This document shows positions 1 to 49,017 of a stretch of 64,000 nucleotides of DNA, piece by piece. A program made the translations under genes and the position numbers. The DNA is from Mobula hypostoma (Eukaryota): assembly GCF_963921235.1 (NCBI RefSeq), contig NC_086100.1:198526001-198590000 (forward strand), given 5' to 3'. The notes below the pieces were generated by a model that was given only the letters and a program-made list of their open reading frames with translations, did no database searches and was not told where the DNA came from. Each line of letters begins with the position of its first letter. Position 1 is the stretch's first letter.

Positions 1-166
1 GGGGTGAACAAATGGACAAGGGAGTCGCATAGGGAGCGATCCCTGCGGAAAGCAGAGAGAGGGGGGAGAGAAAGATGTGCCTAGTGGTGGGATCCCGTTG
101 AAGGTGGCGGAAGTTACGGAGAATTATATGTTGGACCCGGAGGCTGGTGGGATGGTAGGTGAGGAC
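1..166 (-). mobile_element. Penelope-like retroelement fragment (RT-to-GIY-YIG linker region)
   Basis: Reverse strand reads VLTYHPTSLRVQHIILRNFRHLQRDPTTRHIF...SAFRRDRSLCDSLVH with a frameshift, typical of vertebrate Penelope-like ORFs. Confidence 0.75.
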
Positions 167-239
167 TACCCAAATCTGAGTATGAGATAGATACCTAATC
201 CAAGACCAAGTGCGGATGATCTGAATCAGTATCCGATAC

Positions 240-1105
240 TGGATCCAAATCCAAATCAGGTTTACTATCACTGACTTCTAAAACATGAAATTTGCTGTTT
301 TGTGGCAGCAGTACAGTGCAAAGACATAAAAATTGCTATAAATTACAGAATATATACTGTATATAGTGCATAAGATAAAGACTAATGAGGTGGTGTTCAT
401 GGACCGTTCAGAAATATGATGGTGGAGGGGAAGAAGCTGTTCCTGGATTGTTGAATGTGTGTCTTCAGGCTCCTGTACCTATTGCCTGATGGTAGCAATG
501 AGAAGAGGGTGTGACCTGAATGGTGAGGGTCCTGAGTGATGGATCTCGTCTTCTTGAGGCACTGCCTATTGAATTTGTCCTCAGTAGTGGCGGGGGGCAG
601 TGCCCATGATGGAGCTGGGTGTGTTTACAACCCTCTGCAGTTTTTATCGAACCGGTGCAGAGGCCGTTCCATTCCAGTAGTGATACCATCAGTTAGAATG
701 CTCTCCACGGTACAGTAGCGGAAATTTGCTAGAGTCTTTGAAGGTGTCCTTGATGCTGGGGAGGGTTATGCCACGCTGGAGAACCTTCTGCAGCCTCTTG
801 TGATCCTGTGCATTGGCCCCATCCATACCAGATGGTGATGGGTGTCTACATCTCTGAAAATCTATCCTGGGTCCAACATATTGATGCAATTGGAATGACA
901 GTGGCTATATTACATTAGGAGTTCAAGGAGACTTGGTATGTCGCCAAAGACGCTCACATATTTCCACAGATGTATTGTGAAGAGCATTCTAACTGGTTGT
1001 ATCACCAACTGGTATAGAGGGGCCACTGCACAGGATCAGAAAAAGATGCAGAAAGGTGAAACTCAGACAGTCCCATCATGGCTTCCCCACCATCAAAGAC
1101 ATCTT
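240..1105. mobile_element. Two back-to-back Rex1/Babar-type LINE 3' fragments (minus ~240-840, plus ~840-1105)
   Basis: Degenerate [16 protein letters not shown]...[11 protein letters not shown]-terminal motif on both strands. Confidence 0.7.
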
Positions 1106-1114
1106 TATTTATTT

Positions 1115-1125
1115 TTCTTTCTTTC

Positions 1126-1163
<38 letters not shown>

Positions 1164-1239
1164 CCTCTCTCTCTCTTCCTCTCTCTCTCTCTCTTCCTCT
1201 CTCTCTCTCTTCCTCTCTCTCTCTTCCTCTCTCTCTCTT

Positions 1240-1273
<34 letters not shown>

Positions 1274-1505
1274 TCTTTCTCCCTCTCTCCCTCTCTCCCT
1301 CTCTCCCTCCCTCCCTCCCTCCCTCCCTCCCTCTCTCCCTCCCTCCCTCCCTCCCTCTCTCCCTCCCTCCCTCTCTCCCTCTCTCCCTCTCTCCCTCTCT
1401 CCCTCTCTCCCTCTCTCCCTCTCTCCCTCTCTCCCTCTCTCCCTCTCTCCCTCCCTCCCTCTCTCCCTCCCTCCCTCTCTCTCTCTCTCTCCCCCTCCCT
1501 CTCCC
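1115..1505. repeat. (CT)n/(CCCT)n polypyrimidine microsatellite
   Basis: Almost pure C/T tract ~110 nt upstream of exon 4. Confidence 0.95.
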
Positions 1506-1615
1506 CTGGTTATGCCTTGCCCCTGAGTCACTCCTCCACCCACCCACCCACCAGCTTCCCCCTCACCACCCCCACCGGCCCAGCTGTGAACAACCTGTAT
1601 TCCATCTCTCCCCAG

Positions 1616-38062
<36,447 letters not shown>

Positions 38063-40544
38063 GCGTCCAATACAGAGATTAGCTGACCCTGTGCACTCCC
38101 CCACTCCCCCACTCCCCCCACCACCACTGCCTCCACCATCTGCACCCTCCCCTCCCTGAGCATGGTAACTACCCCACAGCCCCCCTCCCTCTGTTCCTTA
38201 TCCAGTCCCGGAATAGAGACCACAAGTCCACAAGACTTAGGTGCAGAATTAGGCCATTCAGCCCATCAAAACTGCTATGCCATTCCATCATGGCTGATTT
38301 ATTATCCCTCTCAACACCATTCTTCTGCCTTCTCCTCATGACCTTTGACACCAGGACTAATCAAGAACCTATCAACCTCCACTTTAAATATTCCCAATAT
38401 CTTGGCCTCCACGGCCAGGCAATGAATTCCACAGATTTACCACCCACTGGTTAAAGAAATTCCTCCTTATCTCTGTTCTAAATGGACATCCCTCTTTTCT
38501 GAGGCTGTGCCCTCTGGTTCCAGACTCCCACAGAACAGGAGACATTCCCTCCACATCCACTCTGTCTAGGCCTTTCAACATTTGATAGGTTTCAGTGAGG
38601 TCCCCCTTCATTCTACTAAGGTCCATCATGTTCAGGCACAGAGCCATCAAACACTCCCTCATACCTTAACCCTTTCATTCTCGAGATCATTCTTGTGAAT
38701 TTCCTCTGGACCCTCCGCAATGCCAACACATCCTTTCTTAGCTAAGGGGCTGACAGTAGTCCAAGTGCAGTCTGACCAATACCTTATAAAGCCTCAGCTT
38801 ATAATTGTCAACACCCAGGTGCGAATGCCTTACTGAGCCGTTTCAGAGGGCAGTAAGGCGACATTGCTCTGGTGCACTGTAGCCTGGCCAGAAAGGTAAT
38901 CAGATTGGACTTTATGACAAGCTGGAATAGCCAGTCCTTAGATTACATAGAACCTTAAAATATCAAGAGTCAATGTCCAGTATTGTTTAATGTCATTTCC
39001 TGTATGCGGCTGTACGAAGAACAAAATTGCTACTCCAGGTAGGAATAACAACTCCAAATATAATATAGGACCAGAATTAGACCATTTGGCCCATCAAGTC
39101 CATTCTGCCTCATTCCTATTCTCACTGCCCATAAACCATTAGCCTTCTTACCAATCACAGAGCTGTCAATCTCCATCCTAAATGGCCTTCATGGCCGTGG
39201 ATGGCAATGAATTCTATAGATTCACCTCTGCCTTCGGAAGTTCCTCCTCATCCCCGTTCTAAATGGATGCCCCTCTATTCTGAGGCTGTGCCCCATGGTC
39301 CTAGACTCCTCCACTATAGGAAACATCCTCTCTATCCAGGTCGTTCAGTATTGGGTAGGTGCACCCTCATCCACCTGAACTCTATCAGGTACAGTACTAT
39401 CTCAGAGATATTAAACACTCCTTGGACCCTGCGGCTGATGTCCCTGTTCCACCTGAGAACTGTCCCTCATCCCATTTCTCCAAGCCAGAAATGTTCATTT
39501 TACTGCAGCCACCCACACTGTCTTGTTCTATAGCTACTTGATGGAATTCTCTCTCCGTAATGATAGAACACGGAACAGCACAGCACGACAACAGCCCCTC
39601 CATCCCAGCCAACCCTAATACCGATTTAAACTGTACATTTGCCTGTACGTGGCCCGTCTGCCGCCTGTTCACGTGTCTGTCAGTAGATGCCTCTTAACTG
39701 TTGCTATGGTCAGGTGAGACAACATCTAATTAACCTGATGGAATGTGTGCTGTCGTCCCGCCCCAACTAGCACCATGGAGAACTTTCACCCGAAGGAGTG
39801 AAGCAGTTCAAGGCAGCAGCTGACCCTCACAGCACAGTACAGCCCCTTCGACCCACAATGTTGTGCCGATCTTTCAACCTACTCGAAGATCAATCTAACC
39901 CTTCTCTCTCACATAGCCCTCCATTTTCCGTGTGCCAAATAACCTCTTAAATGCCCCTAATGTATCTGCGTTAAACACAACACCCCTGGCAGGCCGTTCC
40001 ATGCACCCACCACTCACTGTGCAAAATACCTACCTCTGACATCCTCCCCTCTACTTTCCTCCAGTCATCTTAAGGTTATGCCCTGTCGTATTAGCCATCT
40101 CAAATGGCAGTTAAGGATGGGCAGGGAATGTTGGTCTTGCCCAAGACACCCAGTTCCTGAGAACGAAGTTTTTAAATGTCAACTCAGGGTTCTTGCAAAC
40201 TCTCTGAAGATCTGCATTTCGGAGACCTTTCACCACAGAGCTTTGGGGCTGGAGTCCACTGTGATGATCAGGTCTGGGCTTGTCTGAGACGCAGTGTTGG
40301 AACAGCGATGCTCTCAGTAACACAGTGTCGACCCTCCCTGGGACAATGATCTGGCCCAACCCCGCTTTATTAACCCAACCCATCCATTCCTTCTCAGTGT
40401 TAATGTGCGTTAATCAGACTGATCTTAACATCTAAAGAGATATGAGTTGATTCTGTGCACACAATGAAGCAAACATTAGCATTATAATTCTAGATGTGTT
40501 GACTTTGAATGTTTATCTATGAATCACTACTCTGTGTAACAATT

Positions 40545-40550
40545 AATAAA
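40545..40550 (+). terminator. Candidate polyadenylation signal of the V-ATPase B gene (implies ~2.5 kb, TE-containing 3'UTR)
   Basis: AATAAA in unique AT-rich sequence followed by a short TG-rich stretch (ctgtgttatc); no transcript evidence. Confidence 0.45.
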
Positions 40551-41649
40551 GCCTTAAACTGTGTTATCCTTGCCTCTGCATAGATCAGGCAGATGAAAGA
40601 CTCCACAAATAATGCTGGCAAATACTCTGAAGATAGGGCAGGATGTGTAGAGAGAGGAACACAGAGCTAACATTTCATGCCTATAAACACTAAAGATCAT
40701 GCAGATGCTGGAAATCTGGAGCAACACACACGCACACGCACGCCAGGCAGCATCCATGGAAGGGAATAAATAGCTGATGTTTCAGACCAAGACTCTTCAT
40801 CAGGACTCACCTATTGTTGGAACTAGAACTTTGATCAGAAGAAGGCACAGAGGGAACAAATTCAAAGATGTTGTTATGCTGTATTGATGGCTGGACTAGT
40901 CGATGTTCTATAAAAGGAAAGAAAGATTCGATTTTAATTGTCATATGTCCATTGAAACACACACTGAAATGCATAGTTTGCGTCAACAACCTAATCAGTC
41001 TGAGGATGTGCTGGGGGCAGCCCACAAGTGTCACCACACTTCCGGTGACAATGTGACATACCCATTTTTCCTCTTATAGAACATCGACCTGTACAGCATA
41101 ATAACATCTTTGAATTTCTCCCTCTGTGCCCACGCCTATTCTGTACATCTTTGGAATGTGGGAGGAAACTGGGGCACATAAAGGAAACACACACAGTCAC
41201 GGGGAGAATGTACAAACACCTTACAGGAATTGAACCCACCCCACTCTCATCACTGGCAATGTAAAACATTATGTCACCCTTGATATTAGCTTACAATGCC
41301 CACAGATGAGCAGATGTAGCTTCTAGCCTGCCAATACCAGACTATTGAATGGTTTCCGAGTGCAGTATGATGGACTCTTGGCCTCACAATCTGTCACATG
41401 GCCTTTGACCTTATTGCCTATCAGCACTGCACTTTCTCTGTAAACTCCTTACAGACGGGCAAGAACCGAAGCCTATTCGGTGATTGTTGGCACCGCAGAG
41501 AATTGCACTAACCATCACACAACCAGGCCACCCTGCCACACCTGACGGCTGGACTGACGGTCAGTCTTAACCTGGCACTGTCTCTTGGCATCTCTGACAA
41601 CTTCAAGGAAGTTGAATCTTGATTCCTTCTAAAGAATAGGGTCAGCTGA

Positions 41650-42870
41650 TCCCATAAGACATGGGAGCAGAATTAGGCCATTTGGCCCATCAAGTCAGCT
41701 ACACCATTCAATCATGGCTGATCCTTTTTTCCCCTTTTCGGTCCCACACCCTGTAACCTTTGATGCCGTGTCCAATCAAGAACCAATCAATCTCTGTATT
41801 AAATACACCCAATGACCTGGCCTCCACAGCTGCCTGTGGTAATAAATTCCACAAATTGCAATGTCGCAAAGGTAATGCTACAGGTGTTATGGGGGACTTC
41901 AACATGCAGGAAGACTGGAGGAATCAGGTTGGTGCTGGACCCCAAGAAAGGGAGTTTGTGGAGTCCCTCCGAGATGGACTCTTAGAACAGCTTGTACTGG
42001 AGCCTACCACCACATCCCTGCTCTTGTACTTTAGACCTTTTGCAATGAATGCTAACATTGCATTCACCTTCCTCACCACCGACTCTGCCTGCAGGTTAAC
42101 CTTTAGGGTGTTCTGGACAAGGACTCCCAAGTCCTTTTGCATCTCAGATTCCTGGATTTTCTCCCCATTTAGAAAATAGTCTGCACATTTATTTCTATGA
42201 CCAAAGTACATGACCATGCATTTTCCAACACCGTATTTCATTTGCCACTTTTTGCCCATTCTCCTAATCTGTATGTCCTTCTGCAGCCTACCCATTTCCT
42301 CAACTCTACCTGCCCCTCCAACAATCTTTGTATCATCCGCAAACTTGGCATAAAGCCATCTATTTCATCATCTAAATCATTTATATACAGCATAAAAAGA
42401 AGTGGTCCCAACACCGACCCCTGCGGAACACCACTAGTCACTGGCAGCCAACCAGAAAAGGATCCTTTTATTCCCACTCGCTGCCTCCTACCAATCACCC
42501 AGTGCTCTAACCATGTTAGTAACTTTCCTGTAATACCATGGGATTTTAACTTGGGAAGCAGCCTCCTGTGTGGCGCCTTGTCAAAGGCCTTCTGAAAGTC
42601 CAAATATACAATATCCACTGCATCCTCTTTATCTATCCTACTTGTAATCTCCTCAAAGAATTCTAACAGGTTCATCAGGCAAGATTTTCCTTAAGGAAAC
42701 CATGCTGACTTTGTCCTATCTTGTTCTGTGTCACCAAATACTCCATAATGTCTTCCTTAATAATTGACTCCAACATCCTCCCAACCACTGAGGTCAGGCT
42801 AACCGGTCTATAATTTCCTTTCTGCTGCCTTCCTTCTTTCTTAAAGAGTGGTCTTTTGGTCTTATGGTCT
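41650..42870 (-). mobile_element. Rearranged CR1: minus-strand RT and 3' end with an inverted (+) endonuclease segment at ~41855-42009
   Basis: Minus: NLLEFFEEIT...DFQKAFDK...[10 protein letters not shown]; plus: VMGDFNMQEDW...EFVESLRDGLLEQLVLEPT. Confidence 0.8.
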
Positions 42871-42914
42871 AAGTCTGTTGTAAGGGAAAGTGTTGCTACA
42901 CTGAGGTAGTGATT

Positions 42915-43325
42915 AGTAGTGCGATCACTCGAGTCGGGTATGATGTTCTCCTAAGGGGTTGTCCATTGGTGGCTGTAAAGATCCACGTATCCAGGATGTT
43001 AGTGTGGATTCCCTTAATGGAGAACGCTTGTGTGTGACTTTGTTTAACTTGGAGAGGCTGATGCACGGGCAGTCACCACATGGTCCTTGACAGATCAGGG
43101 TCAGGATCCAGTGACATGGAATGCAAGATGACTGGGGGATGTTTCACTCCCATTCTGTTGTGTCATCATCATCTGCCAGCCCACCATTGAAGTCTTGGCT
43201 GGATCTTGACTGAGGTCTTTGCTGGAGACTCCACCTTGACCTTATCGCTGTGGGTGGCCCTACCAGGAACTGAGTTCTGGGAACGACTCCATCTGGGACC
43301 TCAGCCTCTCCAACACAACAAGGTG
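42915..43325 (-). mobile_element. Short RTE-clade-derived non-autonomous element (second copy ~50750-51220)
   Basis: The two copies share collinear sequence; the 5' end (ACCTTGTTGTG..GGAGAGG...GGTAGGGCCACCCA) resembles RTE/BovB-type 5' ends; short tandem tail. Confidence 0.55.
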
Positions 43326-43545
43326 ACGATCCGCAGAGATGGAGGTAGTGATTAGGGTTGTGCATGTTGGTTCAGAACAGAATGGTTGAAGGGAAGTAGC
43401 TGTTCCTGAACTTAGTGATGCAGGACATTGGGTTCCTGTATCTCCTGCCCAATGGGACCTTACAGCCTGCCCGCACTGGATTTTTTCTGCAACTGCAACA
43501 CTTTATTGTACACACAGTTATTGCTTTACTTTGTACTGTCTCAAT

Positions 43546-44318
43546 TGTCATGTGCCCCGTGAAGGGTTAAAGAACCAGCAGAAATGAAAGACACCTTGGA
43601 GTCTGGTATTGCTATTAACTAATACTCATTTATTAGTAACTACGCAATACAGTAGTAAAATTCAGATACAATGGGTTAGCAATGATTATATATGTGTGGA
43701 AATATAAATGCCAAGCTTCTTCAAGCCCAGGGGTAAATGGATACAGTCTTACAGTGATGGGTAAAGTTCAGTTTAGTTCGTGGTATTGAGTTGAGTAGTG
43801 ATGGAGAGAGAGAGGTGTTGTGGTTGTTCGAATAAGCTAATGCCGTCGATTCTTCCCCTTGTTCTCTGAAAGCTTTAGAAGTCAGCGAATGTGACCACAA
43901 GGGGACTGTTTTCTGTGGTGGAGTTATCAACCCAGGCAAGGGTTAGATACACTAATAACTTCCCACCGATCACACCTTTTTTACACTGCGAGAGCCACTG
44001 ATCGAACCTCTAAAAACCCACCTTTCTGTGGGCTCAACAAAGCTCATCCAGTGTCCAAAACCATGTGTCTGTCTGTCTACTATCTGACCTTGTATTTATC
44101 TCAGCATGCTGAACACCAGCTGTCCATCAAGTAGTTCCTCCCTTCTCTCTCTGCAGGAACTCAGAAGCTGGCAGTGTCTTTGCAGAAATTCCAAACAAAC
44201 TGTGAGCGGTCGTTGCCTCTGTCTCTCTCTCTCTTAATAACAAGGTGTTTGTGCTGTACAACTTTCTCTCTCTTGTTAAAAGCACAGTCCATAAGGGATA
44301 ATTCGGGATCCCATCACA
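43546..44318 (-). mobile_element. Solo LTR (773 bp) with 4-bp TSD
   Basis: TGTCATG...CATCACA termini; CAAT at 43542-43545 and 44319-44322; AATAAA on the minus strand at ~43629; the host repeat rejoins cleanly (ctcaat|gcactgtgtaatg). Confidence 0.85.
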
Positions 44319-45445
44319 CAATGCACTGTGTAATGATCTGATCTGTGTGAATGATATACAAGGTAAGCTTCTCTCTGCAGCTCGTGTGACAACAACAGAC
44401 ATTTACCAATTGCCTACAACATGTGGTGGATCAGACCATTGTGGCCAAAGTCCTCCCTATCACTGAGCACACCACCACAAGGAAGCAGCATCCATCATCA
44501 AGGCTGTCCACCACCCAGCCCACTGCTGACATCACAGAAAATATACAAGGATGTTGTTGGGACAGGAGGACCCAAGTTATAAAGAAAGATTGAATGAGTT
44601 AGGACTTTATTCTTTGGAATGTAGAAGATTGAAAGGATATTTGATGGAGGTATACAAAATTATGAGGGGTATACATAGGCTAAATGCAAGCAGCCTCTTT
44701 TCACTGAGGTTGGGTGGGACAACAACCAGAGGTCATGGGTTAAGGGTGAAAGATGAAATGTTTAAGGGGACCATGAGGGGAAACTTCTTCACTCAGAGGG
44801 TCATGAGAGAGTGGAATGAGCTGCCAGCAAAAGAGGTTTCAGAGAATGTTTCAACATTTAAACGAAGTTTGGATGGGTACATGGAGAGTTGGGTATGGAA
44901 GATTATGGTCCTGGTGCAGGTCGATGGGAGTAGGCAGTTTAAATGGTTCAACATAGGCTAGATGGGCCAAAAGGCCTGTTTCTGCGCTGTACTTTTCTGT
45001 GACTCTAAGGCACAGGAGCCTCAGGTCCCACACCACCAGGTTCAGGAACAGCTAATATTCTTCAGTCATCAGACTGCTGATTTAGCATGGATAACTTAAC
45101 TTACCTCAACTCTCAACTGATTCCACAACCTACAGACTCACTCTTAAGGATTCAACAACTCATGTCCTCAGTGTAATTGATTTAATTCTTTTTGTATTTG
45201 CACAGATTGTCTTCTTTTGCATATTGTTTGTCAGTGTTTTTCATTGATTTTAGAGGAAAACACACAAACTGCTGGAGAAACTCAGCAAGCCAGGCAGCAT
45301 CTATGAAGAGGAATAAAGAGCTGCTATTTCAGGCCAAAACCCTTCATCAGGACGTAACTAGATTGTGTTTTCATTGGTTCTATTGTATTTCGTTGTTCTG
45401 CTGTGAATACCTGCAGGGAAACAAATCTCAGGGTGATATATAGTA

Positions 45446-45888
45446 CGAGGGGTGATTGATAAGTTCATGGCCCAAGGTAGAAGGAGTCAATTTTAGAAAA
45501 ACTAGCACATTTATTTTTCAACATAGTCCCCTCCTACATTTACACACTTTGTCCAGCGGTCATGGAGCATACGGATCTTGGACCTCCAGAAAGTGTCCGC
45601 AGCAGGGGTGACTGATAAGTTTGTGACCTACGGTAGAAGGAGATGAGTTATACAGCTCTCGTTACATGCACGTGCAGTTCAACTCTGAGTGATTATGCAG
45701 AAAGTTTGAAGTTAATAACTCATCAGGGGTGATTGATAAGTTCGTGGCCTAAGGTAGGAGGAGATAGTTATTAACTTCAAACTTTCTGCATAATCACTCA
45801 AAGAGTTGACCTGCATGTGCATGTAACGAGAGCTGTATAGCTCATCTCCATCTACCTTGGGCCACAAACACATATCAATCATCCCTCA
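45446..45888. mobile_element. Mariner-type MITE with reiterated TIR units and a long internal inverted repeat
   Basis: TA|CGAGGGGTGATTGATAAGTTC...ATCAATCATCCCTCA|TA; TIR unit repeated at ~45604 and ~45725; ~45604-45722 is largely the reverse complement of ~45766-45888. Confidence 0.85.
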
Positions 45889-46629
45889 TATGTTATATAT
45901 GTATGGTCATATATACACACACTAATAAATTTACTTTGAACTTGCACTTCACCGTTGCTACATGCAGCTAGCACCTGACATCTTGATTCCTGACGTGTGG
46001 CTGGAGTATGCCAGCAAACTTCCCTTTTCCCTGAACCCAGTCAGTCCCACTTCCACATCACACATCGTGGGCTGTCTGCGATTATAGTCGAAAAAGGAAG
46101 AGGTGATTGGAAAAGGAATTGACTTTCAAGCCCACAGGTCTTCTCGAGCCGGCCTAAACCCACCGGCTGAAAACTGCAGAAGCAGACAATCTGCCCGACG
46201 AAGTCTAATTGAATTTCTGCTGAAGTCGAGTTGGTTGTAGGGAGTTTAGATCAGCTGAGGCAGTCCGACAACACAGATCTGCTTCAGAGACACAAGGCAT
46301 TGTACTGTGATCAGTTCTGGCTGCCTCCTGATAGGATGGATGTGTAAGTTTTACTGAGGGTGCAGAGGAGATTTACCAGGATGCTTCCTGGATTGGAGAG
46401 CAGGTCTCACAAGGATAGGGTTTTTTCCTCTTTGGAGAGATGGTGGATGAGATCTGACTTGATAGAAGTGTATAAAATGATTAGAGGCAAAGAACAAGTG
46501 GATAGACAGAGACTTTTTATCAGGGTGGAAGTGATTAACACAAGAGCTATAATTTTAAGGTGATTGGAGGAAAGTACGGGGAATGTCAGAGGAACGTTTG
46601 TAACACACTGTGATGGTGGGTGTGTGGAC

Positions 46630-47605
46630 ATATTTGGTATAGAGATGGGAGAGGGGGTACTCAATATAGAGATGGGAGAGGGGGTACTCAATATAGCGAT
46701 GGGAGAGGGGTGTTCGATATACAGATGGGAGAGGGGGTGTCCGGTATAGAGATGGGAGAGGGGGTGTCCGGTATAGAGATGGGAGATGGGGTGTTCGGTA
46801 TAGAGATGGGAGATGGGGTGTTCGGTATAGAGATGGGAGAGGGGTGTTCGATATAGAGATGGGAGAGCGGGTGTTTGATATAGAGATGGGAGATGGGGTG
46901 CTCGGTATAGAGATGGGAGAGGGGTGTTCGATATAGAGATGGGAGAGCGGGTGTTTGATATAGAGATGGGAGATGGGGTGCTCGGTATAGAGATGGGAGA
47001 TGGGGTGTTCGGTATAGAGATGGGAGATGGGGTGTTTGATATAGAGATGGGAAAGGGGTGTTCACTATATAGATGGGAGAGGAGTGTTCGATATAGAGAT
47101 GGGAGATGGGGTGCTCGGTATAGAGATGGGAGAGGGGGTATTTGGTATAGAGATGGGAGAGCGAGTATTCGGTTTAGAGATGGGAGAGGGGGTATTCAGT
47201 TTAGAGATGGGAGAGGGGCTGTTCGGTATAGAGATAGGAGAGGGGGTGTTCGGTATACAGATGGGAGAGGGGTTATTTGGTATAGAGATGGGAGAAGGAG
47301 TGTTCGGTATAGAGATGGGAGATGGGGTGTTCGGTATAGAGATGGGAGAGGGGGTGTTCGGTATAGAGATGGGAGAGGGGGTGTTCGGTATAGAGATGGG
47401 AGAGGGAGTATTTGGTATAGAGATGGGAGAGGGGGTGTTTGGTATAGAGATGGGAGAGGAATGTTCGACATAGAGATGGGATGGGGTGTTCGGTGTAGAG
47501 ATGGGAGATGGGATGTTCGGTATAGAGATGGGAGAGGGGGTGTTTGTTATAGAGATGGGAGAGGGGGCGGTTGGTATAGAGATGGGAGAGGGTGTTTGGT
47601 TTAGA
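46630..47605. repeat. 27-bp G-rich minisatellite (~36 copies, ggtatagagatgggagagggggtgttc)
   Basis: Directly visible; generates the spurious GIEMGEGVF repeat ORFs. Confidence 0.96.
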
Positions 47606-47843
47606 GGGAGGAAGGGGAGCATAAAGCCACTAACGAATGATAAACCCGCAGTTCAGGATGGTTGAGGAGGGGTGGGGAATGAGGAAAATGAAGAATAATT
47701 GTCTGCTGGAACAGGCAGTGTGGGAAAGGGGTGAAATTAGTCTCAAAGCACAGAAGCAAGCCCTTTTGAGCAACCGCTCACATTGAACAAATTGCCAATT
47801 TCAGCCAGACCCAATTCCTTGCACTTGGCCCATATCCCTCCAC

Positions 47844-47923
47844 CAGGAGTTCTCAAACTGGAGTCCATGGACTCTTCAGTTAATGGTCAGGGTCCATGGC
47901 ATTAAAAAGATAGGAAACCCCTG
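47844..47923. mobile_element. hAT-Charlie-like MITE (80 bp) inside a CR1 3' end
   Basis: CAGGAGTTCTCAAA...TAGGAAACCCCTG termini; right flank CTCTAAAC fits the NTCTARAN target; left TSD degenerate. Confidence 0.6.
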
Positions 47924-48400
47924 CTCTAAACCTTTCCCTATACACCTGTCTAAATGTCTTTTTAAATGTTGTTTGTGACCCTGCCACAACCACTTCCTCT
48001 GGCAACTCGTTCCATATACAGTACCAACCACCCTCTGGTCCTCAAGTCCTTATTAAATCCTTCCCCTTAAACCCGTGCCCTCTTGTTCCGGATTCCCCAA
48101 CCCTGAGGAAAGGGTGTGTGGGCATTCACCTGATCTATGCCCCTTTAGAACAGAGATGGGGAGGAATTTCTTTAGCCAGAGGGTGGTGAATCTGATGAAA
48201 CTGTAGCCACAGCTGGCTGTGCAAGCTTTTCCACTGGTATATTTAAAGCAGAGGTTTGGAGGTTCTTGATTAGTCTGGGCATGTCATGAAATGTGCAGAT
48301 GACTGTGAGTTACAAAAATGAACAAAGAGAGCAAAAGAGGAACAGGAGGTAGTGTTCATAGGCTCACAGACCAATCAGAAATCTGGTGACGGAAGGGAAG

Positions 48401-49017
48401 AAACATAGAAAACCTACAGCACAATGCAGGCCCTTCGGCCCACAGAGTTGTGCTGAACATGTCCTTATCTTAGAAATTACTCGGCTTACCTATAGTCCTC
48501 TAATTTTCTGAGCTCCATGTACCTATCCAAAAGTCTCTTAAAAGACCCTATCGTATCCACCTCCACCACCATTGCCGGCAGCCCATTCCACGCACTCACC
48601 ACTCTCTGCATAAAAAACTTACGCCTGACATCTCCTCTGTACCTACTCCTCAGCACCTTAAACCTGTGTCCTCTTGTGGCAACCATTTCAGCCCTGGGAA
48701 AAAGCCTCTGACTATCCACACGATCAATGCTTCTCATTATCTTATACACCTCTATCAGGTCGCCTCTCATCCTCCGCTGCTCCAAGGAGAAAAGGCTGAG
48801 TTCACTCAACCTATTCTCATAAGGCATGCTCCCCAATCCAGGCAACATCCTTGTAAATCTCCTCTGCACCCTTTCTATGGCTTCCACATCCTATAGTGAG
48901 GCAACCAGAACTGAGCACAGTACTCCAAGTGGGGTCTGACCAGGGTCCTATATAGCTGCAACATTACCTCTCGGCTCCTGAATTCAATTCGATGATTGAT
49001 GAAGGCCGATACACCAT
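48401..49017 (-). mobile_element. CR1 3' fragment, same subfamily as 18439-21528 and 55450-56060
   Basis: ME(A/T)IERVQRRFTRMLPGLGSMPYENRLSEL... nearly identical among the three copies. Confidence 0.9.

Noticed and set aside
46564..47622. GIEMGEGVF / YRDGRGGV repeat proteins
   Set aside because: Translations of a 27-bp minisatellite, open on both strands.
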